In this document: piece by piece, positions 45,276 through 55,038 of the stretch
How positions within the stretch are numbered: the first letter of the stretch is position 1
Layout: every line of letters starts with the position of its first letter
Source of the DNA: an uncultured Solirubrobacterales bacterium
GTDB lineage: Bacteria; Actinomycetota; Thermoleophilia; Solirubrobacterales; JBBDJG01
DNA: 64,000 nucleotides
Direction: 5' to 3'
Assembly: GCA_963826005.1 (NCBI GenBank)
Contig: CAWGVJ010000002.1
Span: 267,385 to 331,384, forward strand
Translations under genes and position numbers: made by a program
Notes under the pieces: generated by a model
Told to the model about the DNA's origin: nothing
The model's input: the letters and a program-made list of their open reading frames with translations, nothing else
The model's database searches: none

Positions 45276-46405
45276 CGATCACGGCGGTGATCTTCTGGGT
45301 GGCGATCGCGCTGATCGTGTACACGCACGTCGGCTACCCGCTGCTGCTGCGCGCGCTCGCGGCGCTGCGTTCGCGGCAGGCCGAAACCCGAACCGAGTCG
45401 CCGAACCCCGAGCGTCAGCCTGATCGTCGCGGCCCACGACGAGGGCGACGTGATCGAGGAGAAGGTGCGCAACATGCTCGCGCTCGAGTACCCGGGACAG
45501 TTGGAGCTGATCGTCGCGTCGGACGGGTCGACCGACGAAACGGTGGGATCGCAGCCGCGGACGTCGCGACGGTGCTGGACCTGCCGCGCCGGGGCAAGGT
45601 GCCGACCCAGGACGCCGCCGTCGATGAGGCGACCGGCGAGATCCTTGCGTTCTCCGACGCCAACACGTTCTGGGATCCCGATGCGCTGCGTGCGCTGGTG
45701 CGCCCGTTCGCGGACCCGCGCGGTGGGCTACGTGTGCGGCCAGCTTTCGCTATCTCTGCGCCGGACGGGGCGAACCAGGAGGGCGCGTACTGGCGCTACG
45801 AGAACTGGGTGCGCGGGCTCGAGAGCCGCCTCGGCTCGGTGACCGCCGGTAACGGCGCGATCTACGCGGTGCGGCGCGCTGCGTACATGCGGCTCGACCC
45901 GCGCACGAGCCACGACCTCTCGTTTCCCGTTCAACATGGTCAAGAAAGGGTGGAAGGCCGTGTACGAGCCCGCCGCGCGGGCGGTCGAGCGGCCGGTCGC
46001 CGTCGATCGAGGGTGAGTTCCGGCGCAAGCGGCGGATGATGAGCCACGCCTGGCCCACCGTCCTCTGGGGCGGCATGCTGAGCCCGCGCGGCTACGGGCT
46101 CACGTACGCGTTCGAGATCCTCTCGCACCGCGCCGCTGCGCTACGCGACCCCGTTCCTGCACGGGATCGCGCTGGTCGCGAACGTCCTACTGCTCGGCGA
46201 GGGCTGGATCTACACGGTCACGCTCGCGGTCCAGCTCGCGGTGATCGGGGCCGGGGGGCTGGCCCCGCTCAGGCCCCGCTCGCGCATCCTGGCGCTGTGC
46301 CGCTACTACGTGCTGATGACGATGTCGCTGGCGGCCGGCCTGTGGGACGCGCTGCTGCGCGGCACCCCGGCGACCTGGGAACGCGAGCGGGAGCGCCCGT
46401 CGTGA
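45272..46405 (+). pseudogene. Membrane-bound family 2 glycosyltransferase (many frameshifts)
   Basis: The ATG at 45272 overlaps the upstream stop (ATGA). Pieces are SLIVAAHDEGDVIEEKV, ELIVASDGSTDET, ILAFSDANTFWDPDAL, GAYWRYENWVR...GNGAIYAVRR and FRRKRRM, followed by C-terminal TM helices. Confidence 0.78.
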
Positions 46406-47013
46406 GCCGCGTGGTGAAGCGCGTGCTCGACGTGGCGATCGCCGGCCTGCTGCTGCTGCTCGCGGCGCCCTTCCTCGCTGCTCGCCGCCGCCGCGATCAA
46501 GCTCTCGAGCCGCGGGCCCGTGATCTACCGCCAGCGCCGCGTCGGGCAAGGGCGGCGCGGAGTTCGACCTCCTCAAGCTGCGCACGATGGTGACGGGCGC
46601 GGAGCAGATGGGCGCGGGCCTCGCGGTCGACGAGGGCGATCCGCGCATCACGCGCGCCGGCGCGCTGCTGCGGCGCTGGTCGCTGGACGAGCTGCCGAAC
46701 CTCGTGAACGTGCTGAACGGCGACATGAGCATCGTCGGCCCGCGCCCGACCGTGCAGTCGCAGGTGGCGCAGTACACGCCGCGCCAGCGCGGGCGGCTCG
46801 CGGTCGCGCCCGGCATCACCGGGTGGGCGCAGGTGCAGCGGCCGCGCGGCGCTCCCCTGGCACGAGCGCATCGAGCTCGACCTCTGGTACATCGAGCACT
46901 GGTCGCTGCGCCTCGACCTGCGCATCCTCGCGCGCACGGCGCGCATGCTGTTCACCGGGAAGGGCCTCTACCGCGGCGAGACGGGCGGCTGGCGCCCACC
47001 CCCGGACGAGTAG
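46402..47013 (+). pseudogene. Bacterial sugar transferase (polyprenyl-phosphate hexose-1-phosphate transferase, WbaP/EpsL-like) (several frameshifts)
   Basis: GTG at 46402 (GTGA overlap). Pieces are VKRVLDVAIAGLLLLLAAPF, SRGPVIYRQRRVG, KLRTMV, RSWSLDELPNLVNVLNGDMSIVGPRP, GITGWAQV and WYIEHWSLRLDLRIL. Confidence 0.85.
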
Positions 47014-48751
47014 CTACTGCACCCGGAACTCGACCACGTCCGAGCGCGCGGACAGGTTGCGCGCGTCGCTCAGGACCGAGAGCCGCAGGCGGTAGGCCGC
47101 GGGGCGCGTGAGGCGCAGGTTCGTGAGCAGATTGCCTCCATGCAGCTGCACGGTCCGGCGCGACACGCGCACCAGCCGCCCGCTCGACGTGCGCCGCTTC
47201 AGCGTCAGGATCGCGGCGGCCTTCTTCGGCCGCACCGTGCCGGTCACGCGCACGCGCTTGCCGGCGACGTCGGCCGCTGCCGTCACCACCGGCCGCACGC
47301 CGACCTGCAGGCTGGGCGAGCTCGAGGGCAGCAGTCCCGGCTCGCCCTCGAAGCGTGCGCGCACGCGGCGGTTGAGCGACAGCCGCATCCTCGTCTCCGC
47401 CTTGCCCAAGGCGTCGGTCTTCACCGAATGGTTGGTGCGCCAGCCGAGGCGCCCCAGCACCTGGATATCGATGCGCCGCCCGCCGAGCGGCGACACCGGT
47501 GTGCCGGCGGGTACTCCACCGGCGCCCACCGACATGCGCAGGACGGCCTTCGACCCGAAGGTGATGTTGCGGCGCTCGCGCGCGGCGGTCGTCTGCGTGG
47601 CGGCGCGCGGCGGCCCCGGGTCCACCATCGCGCGCAGATCCGGAAGCTGCGCATACAGGCCGTCCCCCGGGCAGGCGGTCGTGTTCCCGTCGCGATGGCC
47701 CGAGATCCGGTTGAAGACGTGCCGCGACCCGGCCGGGAACCGGTTCGTCGAGCCGCCCTGGGAGACGACCTCGACCGTGCCGGTGGGCGGCACGCCGTGC
47801 ACCGCGAGCTTCCAGCTCAGCAGGCGCGCGATCGCAGCCGAGGCCGGCGGGAGTCTGCCCGTCGTTGCTGAACGTGCCGAGGCTCGCGACGCCGGTCGAG
47901 GTGGAGTTGTAGCCCTGCGCCTGCGCGCCGACAACCGCCTCGGCGATGCCGCCCGCGCGTCCCTCGAAGATGGTGCCGTAGCGGTCGACGAGGAAGTTGT
48001 AGCCGATGTCGTTCCACCCGTTGCCGTTGCGGTGGTAGCGGCAGATCGCGAGCACCATCGCGGCGGAGTCCTCCGGGCCGTAGTCGTTGGCGCTGACCGT
48101 GTGATGGATGAACGCGAAGTTCACCTGGCCGTAGACGGGGTCGGCGCGCGGTGGGCACTTGTCGCTCGCCCATTGCTCCCGCGGCACGATCGCCGGTTGG
48201 GAGGTGTCGGCCTGCTTCCGGCTGTGCACGCGCGCCCGTCACGCGTGCGCAGCCGCGCGGCGGGCGTCGCGGTCCCGGTCGTGTTGACGAAATGCAGTCG
48301 CAGGTCACGCACGTGCCGTCCGCCGGTAAGAGCCGAGCTGCACCGCGTCGGCCTGTCCCGCCCACAGCGGGTCCGAGCTGAGCTGCCGCGTGGCGCGCCT
48401 CGGGCGATCCGGCGTCGGGCGCGTCGTCGGAGCCCGCGCTCACCGCGGTCCAGCGGCTCCAGTCCCCGCCGTTGCGGCGCACCCGTAAGCTGAGCGAGTC
48501 GATGCGGCCGCCGTCGCCAGCTCATGCCGACCAGGTTGAAGCGCTTGCCGGGACGCACGACATGCGACACCGACCGCCGCGCCGCGCGCACCGGCGGCGG
48601 ACCTCCCACGTCGACCGGTGCGGGCACGGTCCGCTCGAACTCGACCGGGTCGGGCACGAATCGCGCCGGCCGCGGGCGCGGCCGCGACGGACCACGCGGC
48701 CGCGAGGATCCCCGCGAGTACGGCCAGAGCTGTCGCCTTCTTGCGCCTCAT
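47014..48751 (-). pseudogene. Secreted N-acetylmuramoyl-L-alanine amidase (Amidase_2/PGRP domain) with a C-terminal beta-rich extension (many frameshifts)
   Basis: The signal peptide is MRRKKATALAVLAGILAAAWSVAAA. The amidase core is IVPREQWASD...FIHHTVSANDY...ICRYHRNGNGWNDIGYNFLVDRYGTIFEGR...ISGHRDGNTTACPG. Confidence 0.75.
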
Positions 48752-48822
48752 CCCCTACTGGGTCACGAACACGGCGGTCGCGGGCGGGTTGCGCTCGGCT
48801 GCCCGGGCCGGCACCGGGAGCG

Positions 48823-49536
48823 TTACGGAACCTGCTCGGGGCCCTGGTCGCGGTAGCGGTCGCGGAATGCGCGCAGCGCGTCGAAGGTGGCGTCGGTGAC
48901 CTTCTCGCAGCCGATCAGGTGTCCCCACGCGCGTCGCCCCGATCTCGTAGGGCATCTTGCGGTTCGGGAGCAGCACCATGTGGTACGGGTCCTCGTTGAA
49001 CAGACCGCCCAGCTGGTCCAGCCGGTGCTTGGGGAGCGTGGGGTCGTACTGGAGCTCGATCCGGCCGTGCTCCAGCGTGTGGACGAAGTGCCTCGTCTCG
49101 AGCGCCGACATGGGTTTGCTGTAGACGCCGTCGTCGGCGGGCTGCGGGTCGTGGTTCCCTGATGTCGGCGGGTTGGTCTTGTACGTGACCTTCGTGTCCG
49201 GCGGGATGTGGGTGCGGCCTTCGATCACAGGGTTCTTCAGCACGCAGCCGGCCGCCTTTGCCGCCTGGTCCAGATCGGTCACCTGCTGGGGCGGCGGATC
49301 GATGCCACCCGCGAACTGCTGCTTGGCGGACGGGAGGCCACCGGCCGTGTCCATGCCGCCCGAACCGCCTCCGGCGGCCGCCACCACGACCACGGCCGCG
49401 ATCGCCGCGACGGCCAGCGCGCCGCCCACGACGATCGAGTACATCGCGCCTGCGATGGGCCTGCTCCGGCTCCTCGGCGCTCGCGCGCGAGCCGCTCGGC
49501 GCGACGCGCCTCTTTTTCTTCCTTCCTGCTGGACAC
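48823..49536 (-). pseudogene. DUF3105 domain membrane protein (frameshifted near both ends)
   Basis: YKTNPPTSGNHDPQP...FVHTLEHGRIELQY...HMVLLPNRKMPYEI. The N-terminus, SSRKEEKEARRAERLARE, starts from the GTG at 49536. The tail, TAWGHLIGCEKVTDATFDALRAFRDRYRDQGPEQVP, ends at TAA 48823-48825 (my own translation). Confidence 0.72.
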
Positions 49537-49615
49537 GGGTCAAGATTATCCACGCGCCCTGGAAATCCTGCGCAGTACGCCGTTTGCGCGTCCCAGGAGG
49601 GATAGGGTTCGCCCG

Positions 49616-51014
49616 ATGGCGCGGAACGGCTCGATCGACGTGGACGTGGCGATCGTGGGCGCCGGCATGGCCGGCCTCTCGGCGGCGCTCGAGCTGCAGC
49701 GGGCCGGCCGCTCCTTCGTGGTGCTGGAGGCCCGCGACCGCGCCGGCGGCCGCCTGGAGTCCCGGCAGATCGGCGACGGCGTCTGGATCGACGTCGGCGG
49801 CCAGTGGGTCGGCCCCACGCAGGACCGCGCTCTACGCGCTGGCGCGCGCGAACTGGCGCCGCCACCTTCCCGACGTGGACCGCCGGCGAGAACGTGCGTC
49901 GAGCTGGGCGGCCGGCTGACCCGCTACACCGGCACGATCCCGAAGCTGCGGCCCACACGTGATGGCCGATGTCGGGCAGGCGATGGCGCGGCTCGACCGG
50001 ATGGCGAAGAAGGTGCCGCTCGACGCGCCGTGGAACGCTCCGAAGGCGAAGCAGTGGGACAGCCAGACCGTGTGGTCGTGGATGCGCCACAACATGGCGA
50101 CGCCGGACCGGCCGCGAGATGATGGAGATCGCGGTGAAGGCCGTCTGGGCCGCGATGCCCGCGGACGTGTCGCTGCTGCACCTCCTCTTCTACATCGGGT
50201 CGGCGGGCAACTTCGACCTGCTGCTCGACACCGACGGCGGCGCGCAGCAGGACCGCTTCGTCGAGGGCGCGGGCACGCTCGCCACGCGCGTCGCGGAAGG
50301 CCTCGGAGACCAGGTGGTGCTGGGCGCACCGGTGCGCCGGATCGAGTGGTCGGCGGACGGCGTGCAGCTGACGGCCGACGGCACAAGCGTCCGTGCGCAG
50401 CGCGCGATCGTCGCGGTCCCGGTCACGCTGGCCGGGCGCATCGCGTACGACCCGCCGCTGCCGGGTTACCGCGACCAGCTCACGCAGCGCGTGCCGATGG
50501 GCGCGGTGATCAAGTGCTTCGCGGTCTACGACGAGCCGTTCTGGCGCGCGGAGGGAATGAGCGGCAGCACCGTCAGCGGCTCGGGCCCGCTCAGCCTGAC
50601 GGTCGACAACTCTCCACAGTCGGGCGCGCCGGGCATCCTCGTCGGCTTCCTCGAGGGCGACCACGCGCGGTCGTTCGGCCGCGTGCCCGCGCACGAGCGC
50701 CGCGCCGCGGTGCTCGCCAACCTCGTCCAGCTGCTGGGCCCGCGCGCTGGGCGGCCGGAGGACTTCATCGAGAAGAGCTGGGCCGAGGAGGAATGGAGCC
50801 GCGGCTGCTACGAGGGCTACACGCCGCCCGGGGTGCTGACCGCGTTCGGGCCGGCGCTGCGCGAGCCGATCGGGCCGATCCACTGGGCCGGCACCGAGAC
50901 CGCGACCAAGTGGAACGGCTACATCGACGGCGCCCTCCAGTCAGGCGAGCGCGCCGCGCGCGAGGTGCTGCGCAGGAAGATTCCGGCCGCCGCGCGCCGG
51001 CCGCGGTCAGCTAG
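49616..51014 (+). pseudogene. Flavin-containing amine oxidase family protein (several frameshifts 49830-50120; 3' end uncertain)
   Basis: The ATG at 49616 gives DVAIVGAGMAGLSAALELQRAGRSFVVLEARDRAGGR (FAD dinucleotide fold). The long C-terminal piece in ORF 49969.. ends ...HWAGTETATKWNGYIDGALQSGERAAREVL. Confidence 0.8.
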
Positions 51015-51844
51015 CGGCGCGCCGGCGTCGCTGCTGCCGCGCGCGGGCGCGGCTTCCAGCACTCGTCGAGGAACGCGGCGATCTCGCCGGTCAGACGGCG
51101 CGGCCGCATGCGCAGCTCGTACAGCGAGTTGGCCTCCAGCAGCCGGCCGTTGGGCAGCTCCTCCGCCAGCATCTTCGCGTCGGAGAACGGATGGATCGCA
51201 TCGCGCGGGTGCCCGAGCACGATCGAGGGCGCCTCGAAGGTCTTGCGCTCCTCGCGCGGCGGTGCGGTGCGCCCGAAGAAGATGCCCTGCAGGATCGCGG
51301 ACGAGGGTCTTGGCTCGCGGCTCAGCACGTCGAGGAAGACGTCGGGGTAGTGCCCGAACACGCGTGGCACGCGCCGCATCACCGACGCGACGGGCCCGGC
51401 GATCGGCGCGCCGAACGTGAGCCCGATCAAGAGTGGGGTGAAGGCGATCGCGCACCCGAGCAGCGCGTTGTCGAGCACCGGCATCTCGATCACCATGCCC
51501 CGCAGGCGGGTGGGCGCGAGCGATGCGACCTCGAGTGTGGTGTTGGCACCGAGTGACGTGCCGCCGACCACCGCCTCGTCCAGCTCCATGTGGTCCAGCA
51601 GCGCGACCACCTCGCGGGCGAAGATCGGGATCGAGTAGCGCCACATGTCGCGCGGCTTGTCCGACTCGCCGTGCCCGAGCAGGTCGAGCGTGATCACGCG
51701 GTTGCCGCGGTTCGCGAGGTCGCGCGCCAGCGGCTCGTGCATGCGGCTCGGCAGCAGCAGGCCCGGCAGCAGGACGATGTTGCGGGGGCCCTCTCCGTGC
51801 ACCTCGTAGGCGAGGCGCTGGCCGGCATGGACGAAAGTGGGCAT
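51011..51844 (-). CDS. Alpha/beta-fold hydrolase
   Basis: The ATG at 51844 gives an intact 277-aa product, with HG-type LLPGLLL and the nucleophile elbow GGTSLGA. Confidence 0.85.
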   Translation of the reverse strand: MPTFVHAGQRLAYEVHGEGPRNIVLLPGLLLPSRMHEPLARDLANRGNRVITLDLLGHGESDKPRDMWRYSIPIFAREVVALLDHMELDEAVVGGTSLGANTTLEVASLAPTRLRGMVIEMPVLDNALLGCAIAFTPLLIGLTFGAPIAGPVASVMRRVPRVFGHYPDVFLDVLSREPRPSSAILQGIFFGRTAPPREERKTFEAPSIVLGHPRDAIHPFSDAKMLAEELPNGRLLEANSLYELRMRPRRLTGEIAAFLDECWKPRPRAAAATPARR

Positions 51845-51974
51845 CGGGCTCCGGAGTCTAGTAGCGGTGGACGCCGCCAAGCCGTGGAACTCCCCAACCT
51901 GCGGGCTCTTTGAACGTTCATCGACCAGATGCGGAAGTTCTTCAAGATCCGGCAGCCCGGTCGATGATGACCTC

Positions 51975-53510
51975 ATGGAGGCCATCGGACTCACGCAGCG
52001 GCCCCCGGGCGCGAGCAAACGGCCCCCGGGCGCCGGCAAAAGGGCCCGGGCCGCCAGCAAAAGGCCCCCGGGCGCCAGGCCCAGCACCGGGCCCCCGGCC
52101 TCGCCCGGGCGGCTGCAGCTGGCCTCCGACGAGAGCCTCGTCGCCGGCGTGCGGGACGGCAGCCAGGACGCGTTCACGGCGCTGTGGGAGCGCTACCACC
52201 GGCCGCTCCTCTCCTACTGCCGCCACGTGCTCGGCTCGCATCACGAGGCCGAGGAGGCGGTCCAGCAGGCGTTCGCCAACGCATACCGCGCGCTGGCGCG
52301 CGACGACGAGCGCGAGCTGCACGCGCGCCCGTGGCTCTACCGGATCGCCCGGAACCAGTGTCTCAGCATGCTGCGCACGCGCCGGCCGACGGAGGAGCTG
52401 GGCGGCGAGGAGCCGTCGCTCGTCGGCCTGTCCGACGAGGTCGCCGGCCGCGCGGACCTGCGCGCCATGCTGCAGGACCTGGCGGCGCTGCCGACCGACC
52501 AGCGCGAGGCGCTGGTGCTGGCCGAGCTGCACGACAACTCACACGCGCAGGTAGCCGAGATCCTGGGCTGCGGTCACAACAAGGTGAAGTCGCTCGTGTT
52601 CCAGGCACGCACGTCGCTGATGCTGGGCCGGCAGGCGCGCGAGCTGCAATGCGAAGAGGTGCAGAGCCAGCTGAGCGTGCTGCGCGGCGGCTCGCTGCGC
52701 CGCAGCGTGCTGCGCCGCCACCTCGCCGAGTGCGATGCCTGCCGGCTGTTCGGCGCCGAGGTCAAGCGCCAGCGCGCGGCCCTCGCGGTCGTGTTGCCGG
52801 TCATGCCCACGGGCGTGCTGAAGCTCGGTGCCGCGAGCGCGTTCGCGGCCGCCACGGGAGCGGCGACCGGAGCTACTGCCGGCGCGGGCGTGGCTGCGAG
52901 CACCGGAACCGTGAGCACCGCCGGCGCCGGCGCGGGTCTCGCGGCAAAGCTCGGAGTCCCCGCCACCCTCTTGAAGGGAGCGGCCGCCACCCTCGCGGTG
53001 ACGACCGCGGCCGCCGGTGGCCTGGCCACCACGGCACAGATTGCACACGTGACGCGTGATTCGCGCCCCCCGATCACGCAGCAAGCGGTGCAGAGCGCCC
53101 CACCGGCTCAGCCCGCGCCCGCGGACGCGAACGCCGCGCAGCCGCCCGCGGCCGTTCCGGGAGCCGGCGCCCAGCAGCCCGGCGCCCCGCCGTCAGGCAA
53201 GCGCACTGACCAGCCGCCGTCCGGCACGCGGTTCCCGCCCGGCGTCCGCAAGCCGGCCGACGGCACCGCCCGGCCGCCACAGGTCTATCCGCAGAAGCCA
53301 GGCTCGTATCCGCAGACGCAGGAGCCCGCCAAGCCGGTGCGCCCGCTGCCAGACGCGCGCCCCGCGCGCCCCGTGCCGACGCGCAAGCCGGGCGACGGCC
53401 CTGCGCGCGAGCGCCCCCGGCCGCGCCCCCGGCCCGGCGCCACCCGCGAGCCGATCCAGCCCGTCGGGCCCGTTTCGCCCACCGGCGACGGCTCCACGGA
53501 CGTGCGCTAG
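51975..53510 (+). CDS. ECF-type sigma-70 factor fused in one ORF to an anti-sigma-like zinc-finger (HxxxCxxC), a TM/Ala-Gly-rich segment and a Pro-rich tail
   Basis: Region 2 is AFTALWERYHRPLLSYCRH...PWLYRIARNQCLSMLR. Region 4 is LPTDQREALVLAELHDNSHAQVAEILGCGHNKVKSLVFQAR. RHLAECDACRLF and hydrophobic AG-rich stretches follow. No stop codon or frameshift occurs across 1.5 kb. The start is either the ATG at 51975 or 51837. Confidence 0.8.
   Translation: MEAIGLTQRPPGASKRPPGAGKRARAASKRPPGARPSTGPPASPGRLQLASDESLVAGVRDGSQDAFTALWERYHRPLLSYCRHVLGSHHEAEEAVQQAFANAYRALARDDERELHARPWLYRIARNQCLSMLRTRRPTEELGGEEPSLVGLSDEVAGRADLRAMLQDLAALPTDQREALVLAELHDNSHAQVAEILGCGHNKVKSLVFQARTSLMLGRQARELQCEEVQSQLSVLRGGSLRRSVLRRHLAECDACRLFGAEVKRQRAALAVVLPVMPTGVLKLGAASAFAAATGAATGATAGAGVAASTGTVSTAGAGAGLAAKLGVPATLLKGAAATLAVTTAAAGGLATTAQIAHVTRDSRPPITQQAVQSAPPAQPAPADANAAQPPAAVPGAGAQQPGAPPSGKRTDQPPSGTRFPPGVRKPADGTARPPQVYPQKPGSYPQTQEPAKPVRPLPDARPARPVPTRKPGDGPARERPRPRPRPGATREPIQPVGPVSPTGDGSTDVR
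51999..52082 (+). repeat. Four tandem 21-bp units (CGGCCCCCGGGCGCSRGCAAA) encoding heptads RPPGASK/RPPGAGK/RARAASK/RPPGARP
   Basis: Read directly from the sequence. The units are in frame with the sigma-factor ORF if the ATG at 51975 is used. Confidence 0.6.
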
Positions 53511-53599
53511 CCAAGCTGCGGCGCCAGCACGGCTTCGGCTAGAGTCCAGCGCCCTGAGAGGCGCCTGCCACCTCGCATCGGCGCTTTCTTTCTCTACAC

Positions 53600-54736
53600 G
53601 TGAAAGTCGGCGTACCGAAAGAAACGAAGCCGGGCGAGCGCCGCGTGGCGCTGGTTCCCGACTCCGTGAAGAAGCTCGCCGACGCGGGCTTCGACGTCGT
53701 GGTCGAGCGCGGCGCGGGCAGCGAGGCGAACGTCACCGACTCCGAGTACGAGGAGGCGGGCGCGACGCTCGGCGACGCGAGCGCCGTGGCGGGCGCCGAC
53801 GCGATCCTGCGGGTCGCGGCGCCGGGGCCGGACCAGACGCCCGGTGCGGGCAAGGTCCTGATCGGCTTCCTGTCGCCGCTGAACAGCCCCGATCTGGTGC
53901 GCCGCCTGGCCGACGCGCGCGTCACGAGCTTCGCGATGGAGTCGATCCCGCGCACGACCCGCGCGCAGGCGATGGACGCGCTGTCTTCGCAGGCGGTGGT
54001 CGCCGGCTACCGCGCGACGCTCGCGGGCGCTCGCTCGCTCGGCAAGTTCCTGCCGATGCTGATCACCGCTGCGGGCACGGCCAAGCCCGCCCGCGTGCTG
54101 GTGCTGGGCGCCGGTGTGGCGGGTTTGCAGGCGATCGCCACGTCGAAGCGCCTCGGCGCGGTGGTCGAGGCCTACGACGTGCGGCCCGCGGTCAAGGAAG
54201 AGGTGGAGAGTTTGGGCGCCAAGTTCGTCCAGATCGAGGTGCAGCAGGAAGGTGAGGGCTCGGGCTCCGGCGAGTACGCGAAGGAGGTGTCCGCGGACGT
54301 GCAGCGCCGCCAGCAGGAGTTGCTCGCCGACCGTGTCGCCGCGGCGGACATCCTGATCACGACCGCCGCCGTGCCCGGCCGGCCGGCGCCGAAGCTCGTC
54401 AGCGCGGAGATGGTGCGCGCGATGAAGCCCGGCTCCGTGGTCGTGGACATGGCCGCCGAGACGGGCGGCAACGCCGAGCTGACCGAGCCCGGGCAGGTGG
54501 TCGTGAAGGACGGCGTCACGATCGACGGCACGCTCAACCTCCCCAGTCAGATGCCCTACCACGCGAGCCTGCTGTACGGGAACAACGTCGTGAACCTGCT
54601 CATGCACCTCGCGCCCGAGGGCAACCTCGCGCTCGACTTCGAGGACGAGATCACGGCCGGCGCCGCGATCACGCACGACGGCCAGATCGTCAACGAACGC
54701 GTCAAGGAAGCGATGGGAGCCCCGGCATCGACCTGA
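53600..54736 (+). CDS. pntAA: NAD(P) transhydrogenase subunit alpha part 1
   Basis: Intact 378-aa ORF with MKVGVPKETKPGERRVALVP and the NAD-binding motif VLVLGAGVAGLQAIATSKRLGA. Confidence 0.95.
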   Translation: MKVGVPKETKPGERRVALVPDSVKKLADAGFDVVVERGAGSEANVTDSEYEEAGATLGDASAVAGADAILRVAAPGPDQTPGAGKVLIGFLSPLNSPDLVRRLADARVTSFAMESIPRTTRAQAMDALSSQAVVAGYRATLAGARSLGKFLPMLITAAGTAKPARVLVLGAGVAGLQAIATSKRLGAVVEAYDVRPAVKEEVESLGAKFVQIEVQQEGEGSGSGEYAKEVSADVQRRQQELLADRVAAADILITTAAVPGRPAPKLVSAEMVRAMKPGSVVVDMAAETGGNAELTEPGQVVVKDGVTIDGTLNLPSQMPYHASLLYGNNVVNLLMHLAPEGNLALDFEDEITAGAAITHDGQIVNERVKEAMGAPAST

Positions 54737-54756
54737 TCACCGAAATCACGATCTTC

Positions 54757-55038
54757 GTGCTCGCCGTGTTCGTCGGTTTCGAGGTGATCTCGAAGGTACC
54801 GACGATGCTGCACACGCCGCTGATGTCGGGCACGAACGCGATCCACGGCATCGTGCTGCTCGGCGGCCTGATCGTGGTTGGCGCCGAGGGCGCTGACACG
54901 CTCGTGAAGATCGCCGGCACGGTCGCGGTCGTGTTCGGCACGATCAACATCGTCGGTGGGTTCCTCGTGACCGACCGGATGCTCGAGATGTTCAAGGGCC
55001 GGGGCGAACGTAAGCCGAAGCCGAAGGACGACGGTTGA
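54757..55038 (+). CDS. pntAB: NAD(P) transhydrogenase subunit alpha part 2 (membrane part)
   Basis: FVGFEVISKVPTMLHTPLMSGTNAIHGIVLLG. The true start is probably a few codons upstream (the frame is open from 54733), but no canonical start codon occurs there. Confidence 0.88.
   Translation: MLAVFVGFEVISKVPTMLHTPLMSGTNAIHGIVLLGGLIVVGAEGADTLVKIAGTVAVVFGTINIVGGFLVTDRMLEMFKGRGERKPKPKDDG

Noticed and set aside
49546-49554. TTATCCACG (8 of 9 match to the DnaA box) upstream of the amine oxidase gene.
   Set aside because: It is a single isolated site 44 kb from dnaA, with no clustering and no AT-rich unwinding element nearby. It is expected by chance.
51999-52082. The tandem 21-bp repeats, and the four hairpin repeats, as a possible CRISPR array.
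   Set aside because: The 21-bp units are contiguous with no spacers. The hairpin copies are 3.7-10 kb apart, in both orientations, and inside genes. No cas genes are present.
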